Shown: one piece after another, positions 54,207 through 63,348 of the stretch | Numbering within the stretch: the first letter of the stretch is position 1 | Layout of the letters: every line of letters starts with the position of its first letter | Source of the DNA: an uncultured Planctomycetaceae bacterium | Lineage (GTDB): Bacteria > Planctomycetota > Planctomycetia > Planctomycetales > Planctomycetaceae | Direction: 5' to 3' | Length of the DNA stretch: 64,000 bases | Assembly: GCA_963815195.1 (NCBI GenBank) | Contig: CAWFGE010000001.1 | Location: 1-64,000 of the forward strand | Translations under genes and position numbers: made by a program | Notes under the pieces: model-generated | Databases searched by the model: none | What the model was told of the DNA's origin: nothing | Seen by the model: the letters and a program-made list of their open reading frames with translations, nothing else

Positions 54207-55973
54207 CGAATATCCTTCTCGTCGGGATCGATGGGGGGATGGTTCGGCAACGGGGTCGGCGATTCGAGTTCCGGTTCCGTTTCTTCAGGTTCGTTGAGTT
54301 CGATGGTCTTGGCGTCGCTGCCGCGGCCGAGCGTGATCGTGTTCCAGTTCACCCGCAGGGTTTTCTCGGCCCGCGAAAACGCGCGGAGATACCGGCTGCG
54401 TTTGGTGGCGGGCGAGTCGTGCGGCGGGAAATGCGTGGCATCTTCGATTTCGTCCGCCGACAAAATCGCCCGCGTGCAGCCGGTCGTCTCCAATCGGCGA
54501 TAATAACCGTCCGGCGAGAGTTCGTGGTAGCGAATGTCAATTTTCTTTTTCACCGCCTGGTCGGTGTCGGCGTCGGCGTCCTGAGTCTGCTCCAAGAGAA
54601 ACCGCTTGGTGATCCAATCCAACCGGCCGACGAGCGCCCCGGGATTGGTTTCGAGCAGCGAAAGCACTTCGCCCCAACGGCTCAGGATGTCGCGGGCTTC
54701 GTCGTTGGCGTCGGGAGACTCGGCGACGAGCCGGGCGCAGGCTTCGTAATAATGCCTTTGAATGTCGAGGGCCGACCGCAGGACGCCGTCTTTGCAGCGA
54801 ACTTTCGCTTCGAGAGACGGGTCGGCACAGAAGATCCTGAGGGCCTTGATGGGGCGGGAGATCAAAGGCACCTTGGACAAATAGCCGGCTTCGAGGGCGT
54901 CCAAGGCGAGCATCGTCGTGCCCACGCGGAGGTACTCGGCTTCCTCGGCCATGTTGGAATCGCCCAAGCAGATTTGCAGCCGTTGCCGGGTGCAAGCAGC
55001 CGGGCGAACTCGCGGGGTGAAGACCAGGCCCGAAACATCAGGGCTTTGAAAAAATGCCCGATGCTGAAAATCGGCCGGTCGAACACGATCCCGTTGTATC
55101 CCAAGAGGCAATTCATGCCCCAGGCTTTGTCCGAGATTTGGAACTTTCCTTCCGCATCGACAAACCCCGCGCCGGCGAAGACGGGCGCGAAATCAGGAAT
55201 GGCACCAGATCCCGCCGGACCTGATAAAACGCCGTCGCCCGCACCAAAAAATAAAGCCCCAAGGCCAAGGGGCCGGCGGCGAGGCGGATGAATCCGAGCG
55301 CCGTGGCTTCCACCCATTCGGGCACGGGCGACGAGTAAGGCACGCGGCCGCTGAGTTCGTCTCCCAGCAAGGCCGCCTGCACGGGGCCGCGCCATTCGGC
55401 TTTCAAGAACGGCCACAAGAGCAGATACAGCACCCCCGCGACCAGCAGATATAAAATCAGCCCCAGGATCAAAACCAAATGCCCCAGCCACGCGAGCAGC
55501 ATCAGCGGAAATAACCCATAGAGCCCCCACCGCCAGAACCGCATCTGCCAGCCCGTGGCCAGGGTGAGTTCGTAGTTTTCCTGCGCCCCGTAGAGGTGGC
55601 CCCGGCTGTCGCAATCGTTTTTGATGAGCGAGAACACGCCCGGCACGTCGGCATCGCGGGCCGCTTCGGACAAAAGCAAATCCTGGGCCCGCTGATAGAG
55701 CACCGCTTCCTTGGGGCCCCGGCACTCGGGGGTGCTGCCTTCGACGAGACCGAAGCCGCCGGCAAACCGCACGCGCTCGAACCACACCGCCCCGCCGGTA
55801 TCCGTAAAAACGCCCTCCTTCAAATCGCTGGCCGGGACGGTGAGAACCCGTTGCCCCAGCGTATGAACGAGGGCGTGATAGAGTTGGTAGTCGGCGGTCT
55901 CGTCAATCTGCGGATGGTCCGGATGAAACCGGATCGCATATTCCGTCTCCAAACCGACCAGCCGATTCAGCAT
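54203..55973 (-). CDS. Pup-ligase/deamidase (PafA/Dop) family protein with inserted TM segment (two homopolymer frameshifts ~55184, ~54989)
   Basis: GLETEY, EGSTPEC, KNDCDSRG..YGAQENY, PFLISR..FAGAG, RLQI.LGDSNMAE, LDWITK, IDIRYHE, PP..SPA..R in canonical order. Confidence 0.9.
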
Positions 55974-56012
55974 CGAGGGCAGGCTCCATTGGCAGGAGAC
56001 GGAAAATCGAAA

Positions 56013-56195
56013 TTACTCGCCGCCGTGCGGAACCACGACTTCGTCGAGGTAGTTTTCCGGCTGGCGGCGGCTGTCGCGTCCGATGCTGAAGAGCACCCGG
56101 CTCAGCGGGACAATTTCTTTCCAAGGCGGGGCGGGGACAACCGCCGGCGCGGCTTGAGTTTCGGGCAAAGGGGTTTGCTGGGTTTTCGTGTTCAT
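56013..56195 (-). CDS. Pup/UBact-like small modifier candidate, 60 aa, C-terminal GGE
   Basis: RBS TGAGGT before ATG; MNTKTQQTPLPETQAAPAVVPAPPWKEIVPLSRVLFSIGRDSRRQPENYLDEVVVPHGGE*; ends 39 bp before the ligase start. Confidence 0.78.
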   Translation of the reverse strand: MNTKTQQTPLPETQAAPAVVPAPPWKEIVPLSRVLFSIGRDSRRQPENYLDEVVVPHGGE

Positions 56196-56638
56196 GGTTG
56201 ACCTCAGTGATGATAAAAAAACGATCGACCGGCTTTGCCGATTTTTCCGAATCTTCTGGCCTTTGTTTATTGTAACTGCCGATTGGGGCGGAAACAACAG
56301 GCCGGATTCCCAAGTTCGCCACGAATTTTGGAGAGACATTGGTTTCGAGGCATAATCGTTGAAGTCGCCCGCGTTTCCCATTACAACGAAATTGAGGAAT
56401 CCACGGACCAGGGAATCTCCGAAAAACTTCCGTTTTCATTTTGGACACTTGGGCCGCACTCGAAAGGCGGGAAACCACGAAGCACACACCGGCTCCGCGG
56501 CAATCATCCTCTTCAGTCTAAGCCGGCACGGTCGGGCGGAAAATCCGCAGATCCTGCCGAACCAAGGTAGGCGTTTTTCCCAGAACCGTGTCTGCCGGCC
56601 GCGTTTCATCGTTCCCTTCTCGCGTTTGAGCACTTCCC

Positions 56639-57505
56639 ATGAGCGACCTGTATTGGGGCTTCGGCATCCTGGCGGTTTGGTCGGCGGCGATGTTTGCCCT
56701 GGCCCGGCGTCTCACGCGGCGCCGCGTGGGCCGGCGGCTGGAAATCCTGGCCGCGACGACGATTCTGGCCATCGGTGGTTACGTCATCTTTCTCTGGGAC
56801 CACATCTTGCTGGCGAGGCTGCTGCCGTTTTCCAATCTGATCGTGCTCGCCAACTGGTTTCCGCCGCTGTTGGGGTTTTTGGGCGGCCTGGCGTGGAACG
56901 GGATTCCGGGTTCGCGGCTGAAGAAATCCGGCTATCTCGCGGGCCTGTTCGCTCTTATGGTGTCTGCCGTTGCCAGGCCGCTGTGGGGCCGGCCGCCGGT
57001 GTGCCACGATCACTGGCAGAACGGCGTCTGCATTCAGACGTCGCCCAAGACGTGCAGTCCGGCGTGTGCCGCCACGATTTTGGCCGGAGCCGGCGTGGAA
57101 GCGAGCGAGCAGGAAATGGCCGAGATGTGCCTCACGCGCAAGGGCACGCTTTGGCAGGGACTTTATCGAGGGTTGAAACTCCAGACTGACGGGACTTCTT
57201 GGGACGTGGAAGTCTTCACCGGCGATGTGGACCGGCTTCGCGAACTCGTTTCGGAGGGTCCGGTGATTCTGACCGTCGGCTTGCCCCGCGAACCGGTCGA
57301 TGAAATCTACACCACCCGCTACGGCTGGTCGCGGGGCGAACTGCATTCGGTCGTGCTGTTCGGGTTTGGAGCCGAACGCGGAACGGAAGCGGAGCAGCGC
57401 GTGCAAATGGGAGACCCCAGCGTGTCCGGCGGCCGCGAGTCGTGGAGCGTGGAAGATCTCCGCGTTCTCTACCGGGGCCGGGGTTTGCGTCTGGTTTGCC
57501 GTTGA
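56639..57505 (+). CDS. Membrane-anchored C39-like cysteine peptidase
   Basis: About 4 N-terminal TM helices, then QTSPKTCSPACAAT, HSVVL, GDP. Confidence 0.8.
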   Translation: MSDLYWGFGILAVWSAAMFALARRLTRRRVGRRLEILAATTILAIGGYVIFLWDHILLARLLPFSNLIVLANWFPPLLGFLGGLAWNGIPGSRLKKSGYLAGLFALMVSAVARPLWGRPPVCHDHWQNGVCIQTSPKTCSPACAATILAGAGVEASEQEMAEMCLTRKGTLWQGLYRGLKLQTDGTSWDVEVFTGDVDRLRELVSEGPVILTVGLPREPVDEIYTTRYGWSRGELHSVVLFGFGAERGTEAEQRVQMGDPSVSGGRESWSVEDLRVLYRGRGLRLVCR

Positions 57506-57604
57506 CCGTGAGCCGAAGGCCGTAGCCGATGTTCGCTTCGCAAATTCCTCGGCAGTTTTATTAGCCCGAATCGCAAGTTTTGAAGTGGCGCGAAGCCGCA
57601 AAAT

Positions 57605-57862
57605 GTGAGCGGAAGGGCGCTAGCCCCCGGCCTTTGCGATGGAGATTTGGATATTACATCGCCGGCGGCTAGCGCCGGGCCGCTCATTTTAAGTGAGCGG
57701 AAGGGCGCTAGCCCCCGGCCTTTGCGATGGAGATTTGGATATTACATCGCCGGCGGCTAGCGCCGGGCCGCTCATTTTAAGTGAGCGGAAGGGCGCTAGC
57801 CCCCGGCCTTTGCGATGGAGATTTGGATATTACATCGCCGGCGGCTAGCGCCGGGCCGCTCA
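57605..57862. repeat. Three tandem identical 88-bp palindromic REP-like units; related single copy at ~29018-29100
   Basis: GTGAGCGGAAGGGCGCTAGCCCCCGGC...GCCGGCGGCTAGCGCCGGGCCGCTCA starts at 57605, 57693, 57781. Confidence 0.95.
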
Positions 57863-57867
57863 CTTTG

Positions 57868-58059
57868 TTACCAGGGTTTCAGCTTCCAGCCGACGATGAA
57901 TCCGATGCCGAAGCACCAAAGGGCCGCGGTGCCCGGATTTTGGCGGGCATAACATTTGAGGTATTCGATGATGTCGTCCGAAGGCTGCAGGCTCTCTTTG
58001 GGAATTGAAGAAGAGGAATAGGTTTCCCGCATTTCGGGTCTCGTGCTTGTGGTATTCAT
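57868..58059 (-). CDS. Small DUF883-like tail-anchored protein
   Basis: RBS AGGAGG; YARQNPGTAALWCFGIGFIVGWKLKPW. Confidence 0.75.
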   Translation of the reverse strand: MNTTSTRPEMRETYSSSSIPKESLQPSDDIIEYLKCYARQNPGTAALWCFGIGFIVGWKLKPW

Positions 58060-58106
58060 TAAAACCTCCTGATGGGCGATCGTCAAAGGGGTTGGGTTGT
58101 TCGAGT

Positions 58107-58553
58107 TTATGAGCGCTGAGCGGGGCGGTAAGGCCGGGGGTGCTTGAGGACATGCTTGATCCATTCGAGGTTGTTGTGGAATTCCTCGCGGGAGCGTTTC
58201 AGCGCGGCCACGCCGACCCGCAGCCCTTTCCAAGCGATGAAGAACAGGATCGCGGCGAGGATCAATCCGCCCAAAGCCACGATCAGGGCCGACTCGGCGA
58301 CGGTGAGCACCGTGAGGCTGGCAATCCACCAGGACAAGCCCAACAGCGCCAGCGGGCAACTTCCAAGCACGAAGCCGACGGCCAGGACAATCAAAAACGC
58401 GGGCACGCGGGCGTGCTTCAGCGTTTCGCCGGCATCGACCGTGAGCAACTCCAATTGGAGCTCGGCGAGACTCACCAGGTCCGCGCCCAGGGATCCCAGG
58501 TTGCTGACGATGTGCGGATCGGGTGGCTCGTTTTCCCGCCGGGGCGCGTTCAT
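58107..58553 (-). CDS. Phage-holin-like (YqjE/DUF1469) membrane protein
   Basis: DLVSLAELQLELL..D, two TM helices, SREEF..NL.WIK. Confidence 0.8.
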   Translation of the reverse strand: MNAPRRENEPPDPHIVSNLGSLGADLVSLAELQLELLTVDAGETLKHARVPAFLIVLAVGFVLGSCPLALLGLSWWIASLTVLTVAESALIVALGGLILAAILFFIAWKGLRVGVAALKRSREEFHNNLEWIKHVLKHPRPYRPAQRS

Positions 58554-58774
58554 CGCTTCACCCACCATCCCAGCAGAAGGCCGGCCACCATGCCCGTTGC
58601 CAGCGTGAGTCGAGGATGATCGATGATTTGCTTGCGGAGACACGGCTCCCACCTTTCGCTGAAGGATAGATTCGTTTCACTCCCGGCCGCAAACGGGATG
58701 CCGAACGACGCGAACGGCTCGTGTCGCCGAGGGCTTGTCTCGAAGTTTTGCATCGGGCTTTGTTGTCCTTTCAT
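58550..58774 (-). CDS. Small DUF883-like protein
   Basis: IIDHPRLTLATGMVAGLLLGWWVKR; ATGA overlap. Confidence 0.7.
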   Translation of the reverse strand: MKGQQSPMQNFETSPRRHEPFASFGIPFAAGSETNLSFSERWEPCLRKQIIDHPRLTLATGMVAGLLLGWWVKR

Positions 58775-58780
58775 GTGGAT

Positions 58781-59257
58781 TTAGTGTCGCCGCCTCGGAC
58801 GGGCCGTTTCCATATCGCGGGCGGCCGGCGGAGTCGTTTGGGAGCTGCTTCCGCTCAGCGGCCCACTCTCGAAAATCTCGCCCAGTCGATTTCCCAGGTG
58901 CATCATGGCGGTTCTCAAGACCAGCGTTGTCAGAAAACCGAAGGCCCCGGCGACAAACCCGCTCTTCTCTTCTGCCTTAGGTCTCTGTTCCACGACGAGA
59001 TGGTGCCTGCGGGCCAGTTTCTCCAAAGCCTCCACGTCGGGGGCTTGGATTTCGAGCTTTCGCGGCACGACGAGGTAGCCGATCAGAGCCGCCCCCCCCA
59101 GGCAGGCCCACGGGTAGTTGCGGATATAAAAATGCCAGTCCAACAGCGTCCTGGCACTGGTTTGCACTTTGCCCAGATCTTTATCGAGTTGGCCGCGGAT
59201 GGAGTCCATCGTTTTGCGGATTTCCGCTGCTCGATCGTGTGGGCTTGGCTGACTCAC
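58781..59257 (-). CDS. YqjK/DUF3618-like membrane protein
   Basis: IRKTM..IR..L, DW..YIR.YPWACLGGAALIGYLVVP. Confidence 0.7.
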   Translation of the reverse strand: MSQPSPHDRAAEIRKTMDSIRGQLDKDLGKVQTSARTLLDWHFYIRNYPWACLGGAALIGYLVVPRKLEIQAPDVEALEKLARRHHLVVEQRPKAEEKSGFVAGAFGFLTTLVLRTAMMHLGNRLGEIFESGPLSGSSSQTTPPAARDMETARPRRRH

Positions 59258-59464
59258 GCTGTTCTCCTGACATGATTTCCGGCCGTCAGCCGAAACGCGC
59301 TAGCGTCCGGTTGTCTGCATAAACCGGGGCGAGCGCCCGGCGGCCGATCAATGCGACTTTGCAATTATCAGCCGGAACGCGCTCGCGCCCGGTTGTCTGC
59401 ATAAATTGGGGCGAGCACCGGCGGCTGATTTACGTGACAACGATTCTTCGAGCGATTTTAGATT

Positions 59465-59761
59465 TTAAGACGCAAAATGGTCCGTCCACGAAGAGGGGAC
59501 GATGCCGCGAAGGTCGCGGAGCGAATCCATCACGCGGTGGCCGAGCTGCTCGGCGAACGATTCTTTGTTCGGCAAGAGTTGGGACGGGTTTTTCATTGTG
59601 CAGGACAACAAAACGCCGGCCCCCACTCCCAGGCCGAAACCGATCAAAACCGACGCGGCGGGATGCTGTTCGATCAATCCCTCCAGCCCGGAATGGCACG
59701 GACCCTCCTCGCAAGCGCCCTGCGACGGAAACCCCCGCGTCGAATGGGACGTGGAAATCAT
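59465..59761 (-). CDS. Small DUF883-like protein
   Basis: IEQHPAASVLIGFGLGVGAGVLL. Confidence 0.6.
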   Translation of the reverse strand: MISTSHSTRGFPSQGACEEGPCHSGLEGLIEQHPAASVLIGFGLGVGAGVLLSCTMKNPSQLLPNKESFAEQLGHRVMDSLRDLRGIVPSSWTDHFAS

Positions 59762-59807
59762 GCTGCTGCTCCTTCTGGAAATCTCAGGGTTCGGGAAACG
59801 TAAGGGC

Positions 59808-60245
59808 TTACCGCTTGAGAACCAGGCCCACGATCAGCCCGGTAATCACGCCGGTGCCAAATGCCACGGCCACGGATTGCGTAGGCCGTTCGCGGATGGC
59901 GTTCTCGGCGCGGACGTAGCCGTCCTGGAAGGACTGCTGCATCTGCTCGTATTGCTGCCGGGCGGCTTCGCTATAGTGCTCGGCTTGCGCCTTAGCCTGT
60001 TTCGCGTACTCGCCCATCTTTTCCGTCGCGCTCGATGCCGACGCTGCCACGTCCCGCAGCAACTGGTCGAGTTCTTCTTCAATTTTCTGCCGGGCCTGGC
60101 CGGTTTTTTGTTGAATGGCTCCCACAAGCTGGTCGGTATTGCCGTCCATGTTGTCCAGATCATGGGGATTGAGCTGGGTCCAGCGTTCTTCGATTCGGCC
60201 GCGCAGTTGGTTCCAATGTCCGCGAATTTCTTCTTGGGTCGTCAT
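59808..60245 (-). CDS. CsbD-domain + ElaB/YqjD (DUF883) tail fusion
   Basis: GHWNQLRG.I.ERW..L..DL....G..DQLVGAIQQKTG; IRERPTQSVAVAFGTGVITG. Confidence 0.88.
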   Translation of the reverse strand: MTTQEEIRGHWNQLRGRIEERWTQLNPHDLDNMDGNTDQLVGAIQQKTGQARQKIEEELDQLLRDVAASASSATEKMGEYAKQAKAQAEHYSEAARQQYEQMQQSFQDGYVRAENAIRERPTQSVAVAFGTGVITGLIVGLVLKR

Positions 60246-60727
60246 CTCCTACTCCTGACGTTTATGAAGGTTGATTGGTTGGATTGTGACTCGTTCATCA
60301 CCCGCCGCTACGAAAGGGCAATTCGCATGCCAGAACGCGAATCCCTCCGCGGAGGAGTCCGGGAGGCTGTCTTCAGGGCGAATGCTGGAGGAATTCCGGC
60401 AAATTGCCGGGGGAGCCTCCGGGGCGGTGCGATCCGCGCGGTCGCTCATCGATCACGCTGATCCCCGATCGACCAATCGAATTTCTGTTGGCTCCAACGT
60501 AGGCACCTCGCTCGTTGGCCGAAGCTTCCCACGCCTGGCTCGATGGCGGAAACAATTTCGAAATCGATCGGCCCGCGGATGGATTCTCCCTAAGACAACG
60601 TCGGAGGAAGTCCCTTTCTTTTTCCCGCCCGTCCTCGAGATCGGTGCGGGGATTCGTTTTGGAACCGTTCGGCACGCAAACTGCGTTTGGTTGGGGCGAA
60701 CGTTGCGAATCATTGAGGGATCAACCC

Positions 60728-60904
60728 ATGAATCTCAAGAGCCGAACCTTGACCGTTCCCAAAAACTTGGGAATTCTTTTGCTCTCGATCTGGCTGATTG
60801 CCGTCGGACTGGTTCCGCTGTTGGGCTTGGGGAGCGTGTTTCTTTCGATGCTTCTGAATGTGCTTGCCGTTGCCGCAGGCGTGCTGATGTTATTGGGCCG
60901 ATAG
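60728..60904 (+). CDS. Small 2-TM membrane protein
   Basis: RBS GAGG; KNLGILLLSIWLIAVGL...LAVAAGVLMLLGR. Confidence 0.72.
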   Translation: MNLKSRTLTVPKNLGILLLSIWLIAVGLVPLLGLGSVFLSMLLNVLAVAAGVLMLLGR

Positions 60905-60957
60905 CGTCCAGCCGAATCTTCACCGAGTTTTCGAGTTTTTAGGGAAAGGAAATCGTC

Positions 60958-61122
60958 ATGTTGGGATGGGCAATCTTCTTTTTTATTGTTGCGTTGATCG
61001 CGGGGCTCCTGGGCTTTGGATTCGTCGGCGGGATGGCCTACGGTGCCGCAAAGATTTGCTTCTTCGTCTTTCTGGTGCTGTTTATCATCGCACTGGTGAG
61101 CGGGCGAAGGGTGAGCGTTTAG
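60958..61122 (+). CDS. DUF1328 (YtjA-like) small membrane protein (absent from ORF track)
   Basis: MLGWAIFFFIVALIAGLLGFGFVGGMAYGAAKICFFVFLVLFIIALVSGRRVSV. Confidence 0.9.
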   Translation: MLGWAIFFFIVALIAGLLGFGFVGGMAYGAAKICFFVFLVLFIIALVSGRRVSV

Positions 61123-61192
61123 CTTGAAGCGCTGAAGCATTCGGAAACTCTCAAGGCTCGATGGTTTTTCAGACCCCATCGGGCCTTGTCTT

Positions 61193-62113
61193 ATGGACGG
61201 AGCTCGCGGATACTTGAACCAGGCGGGCATTGCATTCGTCATTGGGCCATTGGACGAAAAACACTTAGCCCCGTTTTCCCAAGTATTCGTCGCCGTGTCT
61301 GTGGAATCGCCAACCAGTTCCAACTCGATCGAGTGGACCCAGCCGACTCGCCGCGAAAGGCGAATCCTCCTCGTGGACGATACGCCCGCCAATCAGATGC
61401 TCGCGCGGGCGATCCTGGTGACGCGCGGTCACGTGGTCGAGGTTGCGGGCGACGGGCGGGAAGCCCTCGAACTCATCCAACGGTCCGCCTTCGATGTCGT
61501 GCTGATGGATGTGCAAATGCCGACGATGGACGGTTTGACGGCCGTGCGGTTGATCCGCCAATTGCCCAAGGCTTTGCAATCGGAAATGCCGATTGTCGCC
61601 ATGACCGGCCATAGCGCGCGCCAGGACCTTCGGGATTGCCTCGCCGCGGGCATGGATGCGTGTCTTCCCAAACCGGTGGACGCCGCCCAACTGATCAAAA
61701 TGATAGAAACCATCGAGCGGCGTCCCGGCGGTTCGCATTCGAGCGAAACGGGCGGCAAACGGGTTCCCTCGCCCGCAGACATCTCCGCGATCAATATCGA
61801 GTCCGCGCGTGCGCGGCTGGGAGGCGATGAACTGGTCGCGGAACTCGCGCGGTTGTTCCTCGACGATGCCCCGGAGCTGTTGGCGAAGATCGAGCAAGCC
61901 GTTCATGCCGGCCAGCTTGAAGAACTCAACCGCGGGGCGCACAGCCTCAAAGGATTGGCCGCCAATTTTGACGCCGAAATTCTGATCGTGGCGGCGATCC
62001 AACTGGAAGACCGGTCCCTGCAAGCCGACCTCTCCAAAGCGCGCCGGCTTCTGCCCGAGTTAACCCGCGCCGTGCAAGAGGTCTCCGCAGCGCTTGAACG
62101 CTATCTGCGGTAA
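61193..62113 (+). CDS. Receiver + Hpt phosphorelay protein (start uncertain)
   Basis: ILLVDD, VLMDVQMPTMDG, AMT, KP; Hpt AHSLKG. Confidence 0.88.
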   Translation: MDGARGYLNQAGIAFVIGPLDEKHLAPFSQVFVAVSVESPTSSNSIEWTQPTRRERRILLVDDTPANQMLARAILVTRGHVVEVAGDGREALELIQRSAFDVVLMDVQMPTMDGLTAVRLIRQLPKALQSEMPIVAMTGHSARQDLRDCLAAGMDACLPKPVDAAQLIKMIETIERRPGGSHSSETGGKRVPSPADISAINIESARARLGGDELVAELARLFLDDAPELLAKIEQAVHAGQLEELNRGAHSLKGLAANFDAEILIVAAIQLEDRSLQADLSKARRLLPELTRAVQEVSAALERYLR

Positions 62114-62267
62114 CTCGCTCGGGCGTCCCGGATCTGTGGACGCAAACGCCGGGCGAATCTTGGCGGGGTTGTCCTAAAATCAGGGATGCTTTATAAATCC
62201 GGTTAGTCAAAACGGCCGGGGATCGGCCCGCGGCCAATTTCATTTGTGCTTGGGAAGGAGTCATCCG

Positions 62268-63200
62268 ATGCCGGTTTTCAAAGACAATTCCGAATCCATT
62301 GGCCGCACGCCGCTCGTGCAAATCAATCGGCTGACCGAGGGACTCAAGGCCCGCGTGCTCGCGAAAATCGAAGGCCGAAACCCGGCTTACAGCGTCAAAT
62401 GCCGCATCGGGGCCAACATGATCTGGGACGCCGAGAAGCATGGCAAACTCAAGCCCGGCATGAAAGTCGTCGAGCCGACCAGCGGCAACACCGGGATCGC
62501 GCTCGCTTACGTCTGTGCCGCGCGGGGTTATCATCTCACGCTGACGATGCCCGACACCATGTCCATCGAACGGCGGCTGATGCTCAAATCCTTCGGGGCG
62601 GAACTGATCCTCACGCCCGGCGCGGAAGGCATGAAAGGCGCGATCTCCAAGGCGGAAGACCTCGCCAACAACCCGGAATACTACATCCCCCAACAATTCA
62701 AAAACCCCGCCAACCCGGAAATCCACTTTAAGACCACAGGGCCCGAAATCTGGAACGACACCGACGGCCAAGTGGATATTCTGATCTCCGGCGTGGGCAC
62801 CGGCGGCACGATCACCGGCGTGTCCCGCTACATCAAAAAAGAAAAAGGCCACGCCCTCAAAGCGATCGCCGTCGAGCCGACCAACAGCCCGGTGCTCTCC
62901 GGCGGCTCGCCGGGCAAACACAAAATCCAAGGCATCGGTGCGGGCTTTGTCCCCGACGTTCTCGATATGTCCCTCGTGGATGACGTCGTGCAGGTCACCG
63001 ACGACGAGGCGTTCGAAATGGCCCCGCGGCTGGCCCGCGAGGAAGGCATCACCTGCGGCATCAGCAGCGGCGCCGCAATGGCCGCCGCCCTCAAAGTCGC
63101 CGCCCGCCCCGAAAGCGCCGGGAAAACCATTGTGGTCGTCCTGCCCGACTCGGGCGAACGCTACCTCTCCACCCCGCTATTCGACGACGTCCGCGATTAA
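62268..63200 (+). CDS. cysK: Cysteine synthase A
   Basis: [51 protein letters not shown]. Confidence 0.96.
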   Translation: MPVFKDNSESIGRTPLVQINRLTEGLKARVLAKIEGRNPAYSVKCRIGANMIWDAEKHGKLKPGMKVVEPTSGNTGIALAYVCAARGYHLTLTMPDTMSIERRLMLKSFGAELILTPGAEGMKGAISKAEDLANNPEYYIPQQFKNPANPEIHFKTTGPEIWNDTDGQVDILISGVGTGGTITGVSRYIKKEKGHALKAIAVEPTNSPVLSGGSPGKHKIQGIGAGFVPDVLDMSLVDDVVQVTDDEAFEMAPRLAREEGITCGISSGAAMAAALKVAARPESAGKTIVVVLPDSGERYLSTPLFDDVRD

Positions 63201-63348
63201 AGTTTTTGTTCTTGCAATGTGCGAAATGGCGAGCGAGGGATTTCTTTTCATCCCGCTCGCTATTCTACCTTCAACGCAATGGTCATCGACGGGGACTCGT
63301 GAGCCGTTTACAATAACGGGAGACCTCTTTTCCTGGGAAAGGCTGCCG

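Noticed and set aside
54985..55190. PafA-like gene as a pseudogene or split gene
   Set aside because: Both breaks are repaired by adding one base to a G/C run, the same error pattern seen in the ribosomal genes. Short-read polishing is needed to confirm.
56196..56381. 122-aa version of the GGE ORF in the ORF track
   Set aside because: A clear RBS precedes the ATG at 56195; the upstream extension looks like AT-rich promoter sequence.
57605..57862. Possible mini-CRISPR
   Set aside because: The units are fully identical with no unique spacers and have REP-like palindromic structure.
58107..58553. Holin as evidence of a prophage
   Set aside because: It is the YqjE-like family in a stress-gene context; no phage structural or lysis genes are nearby.
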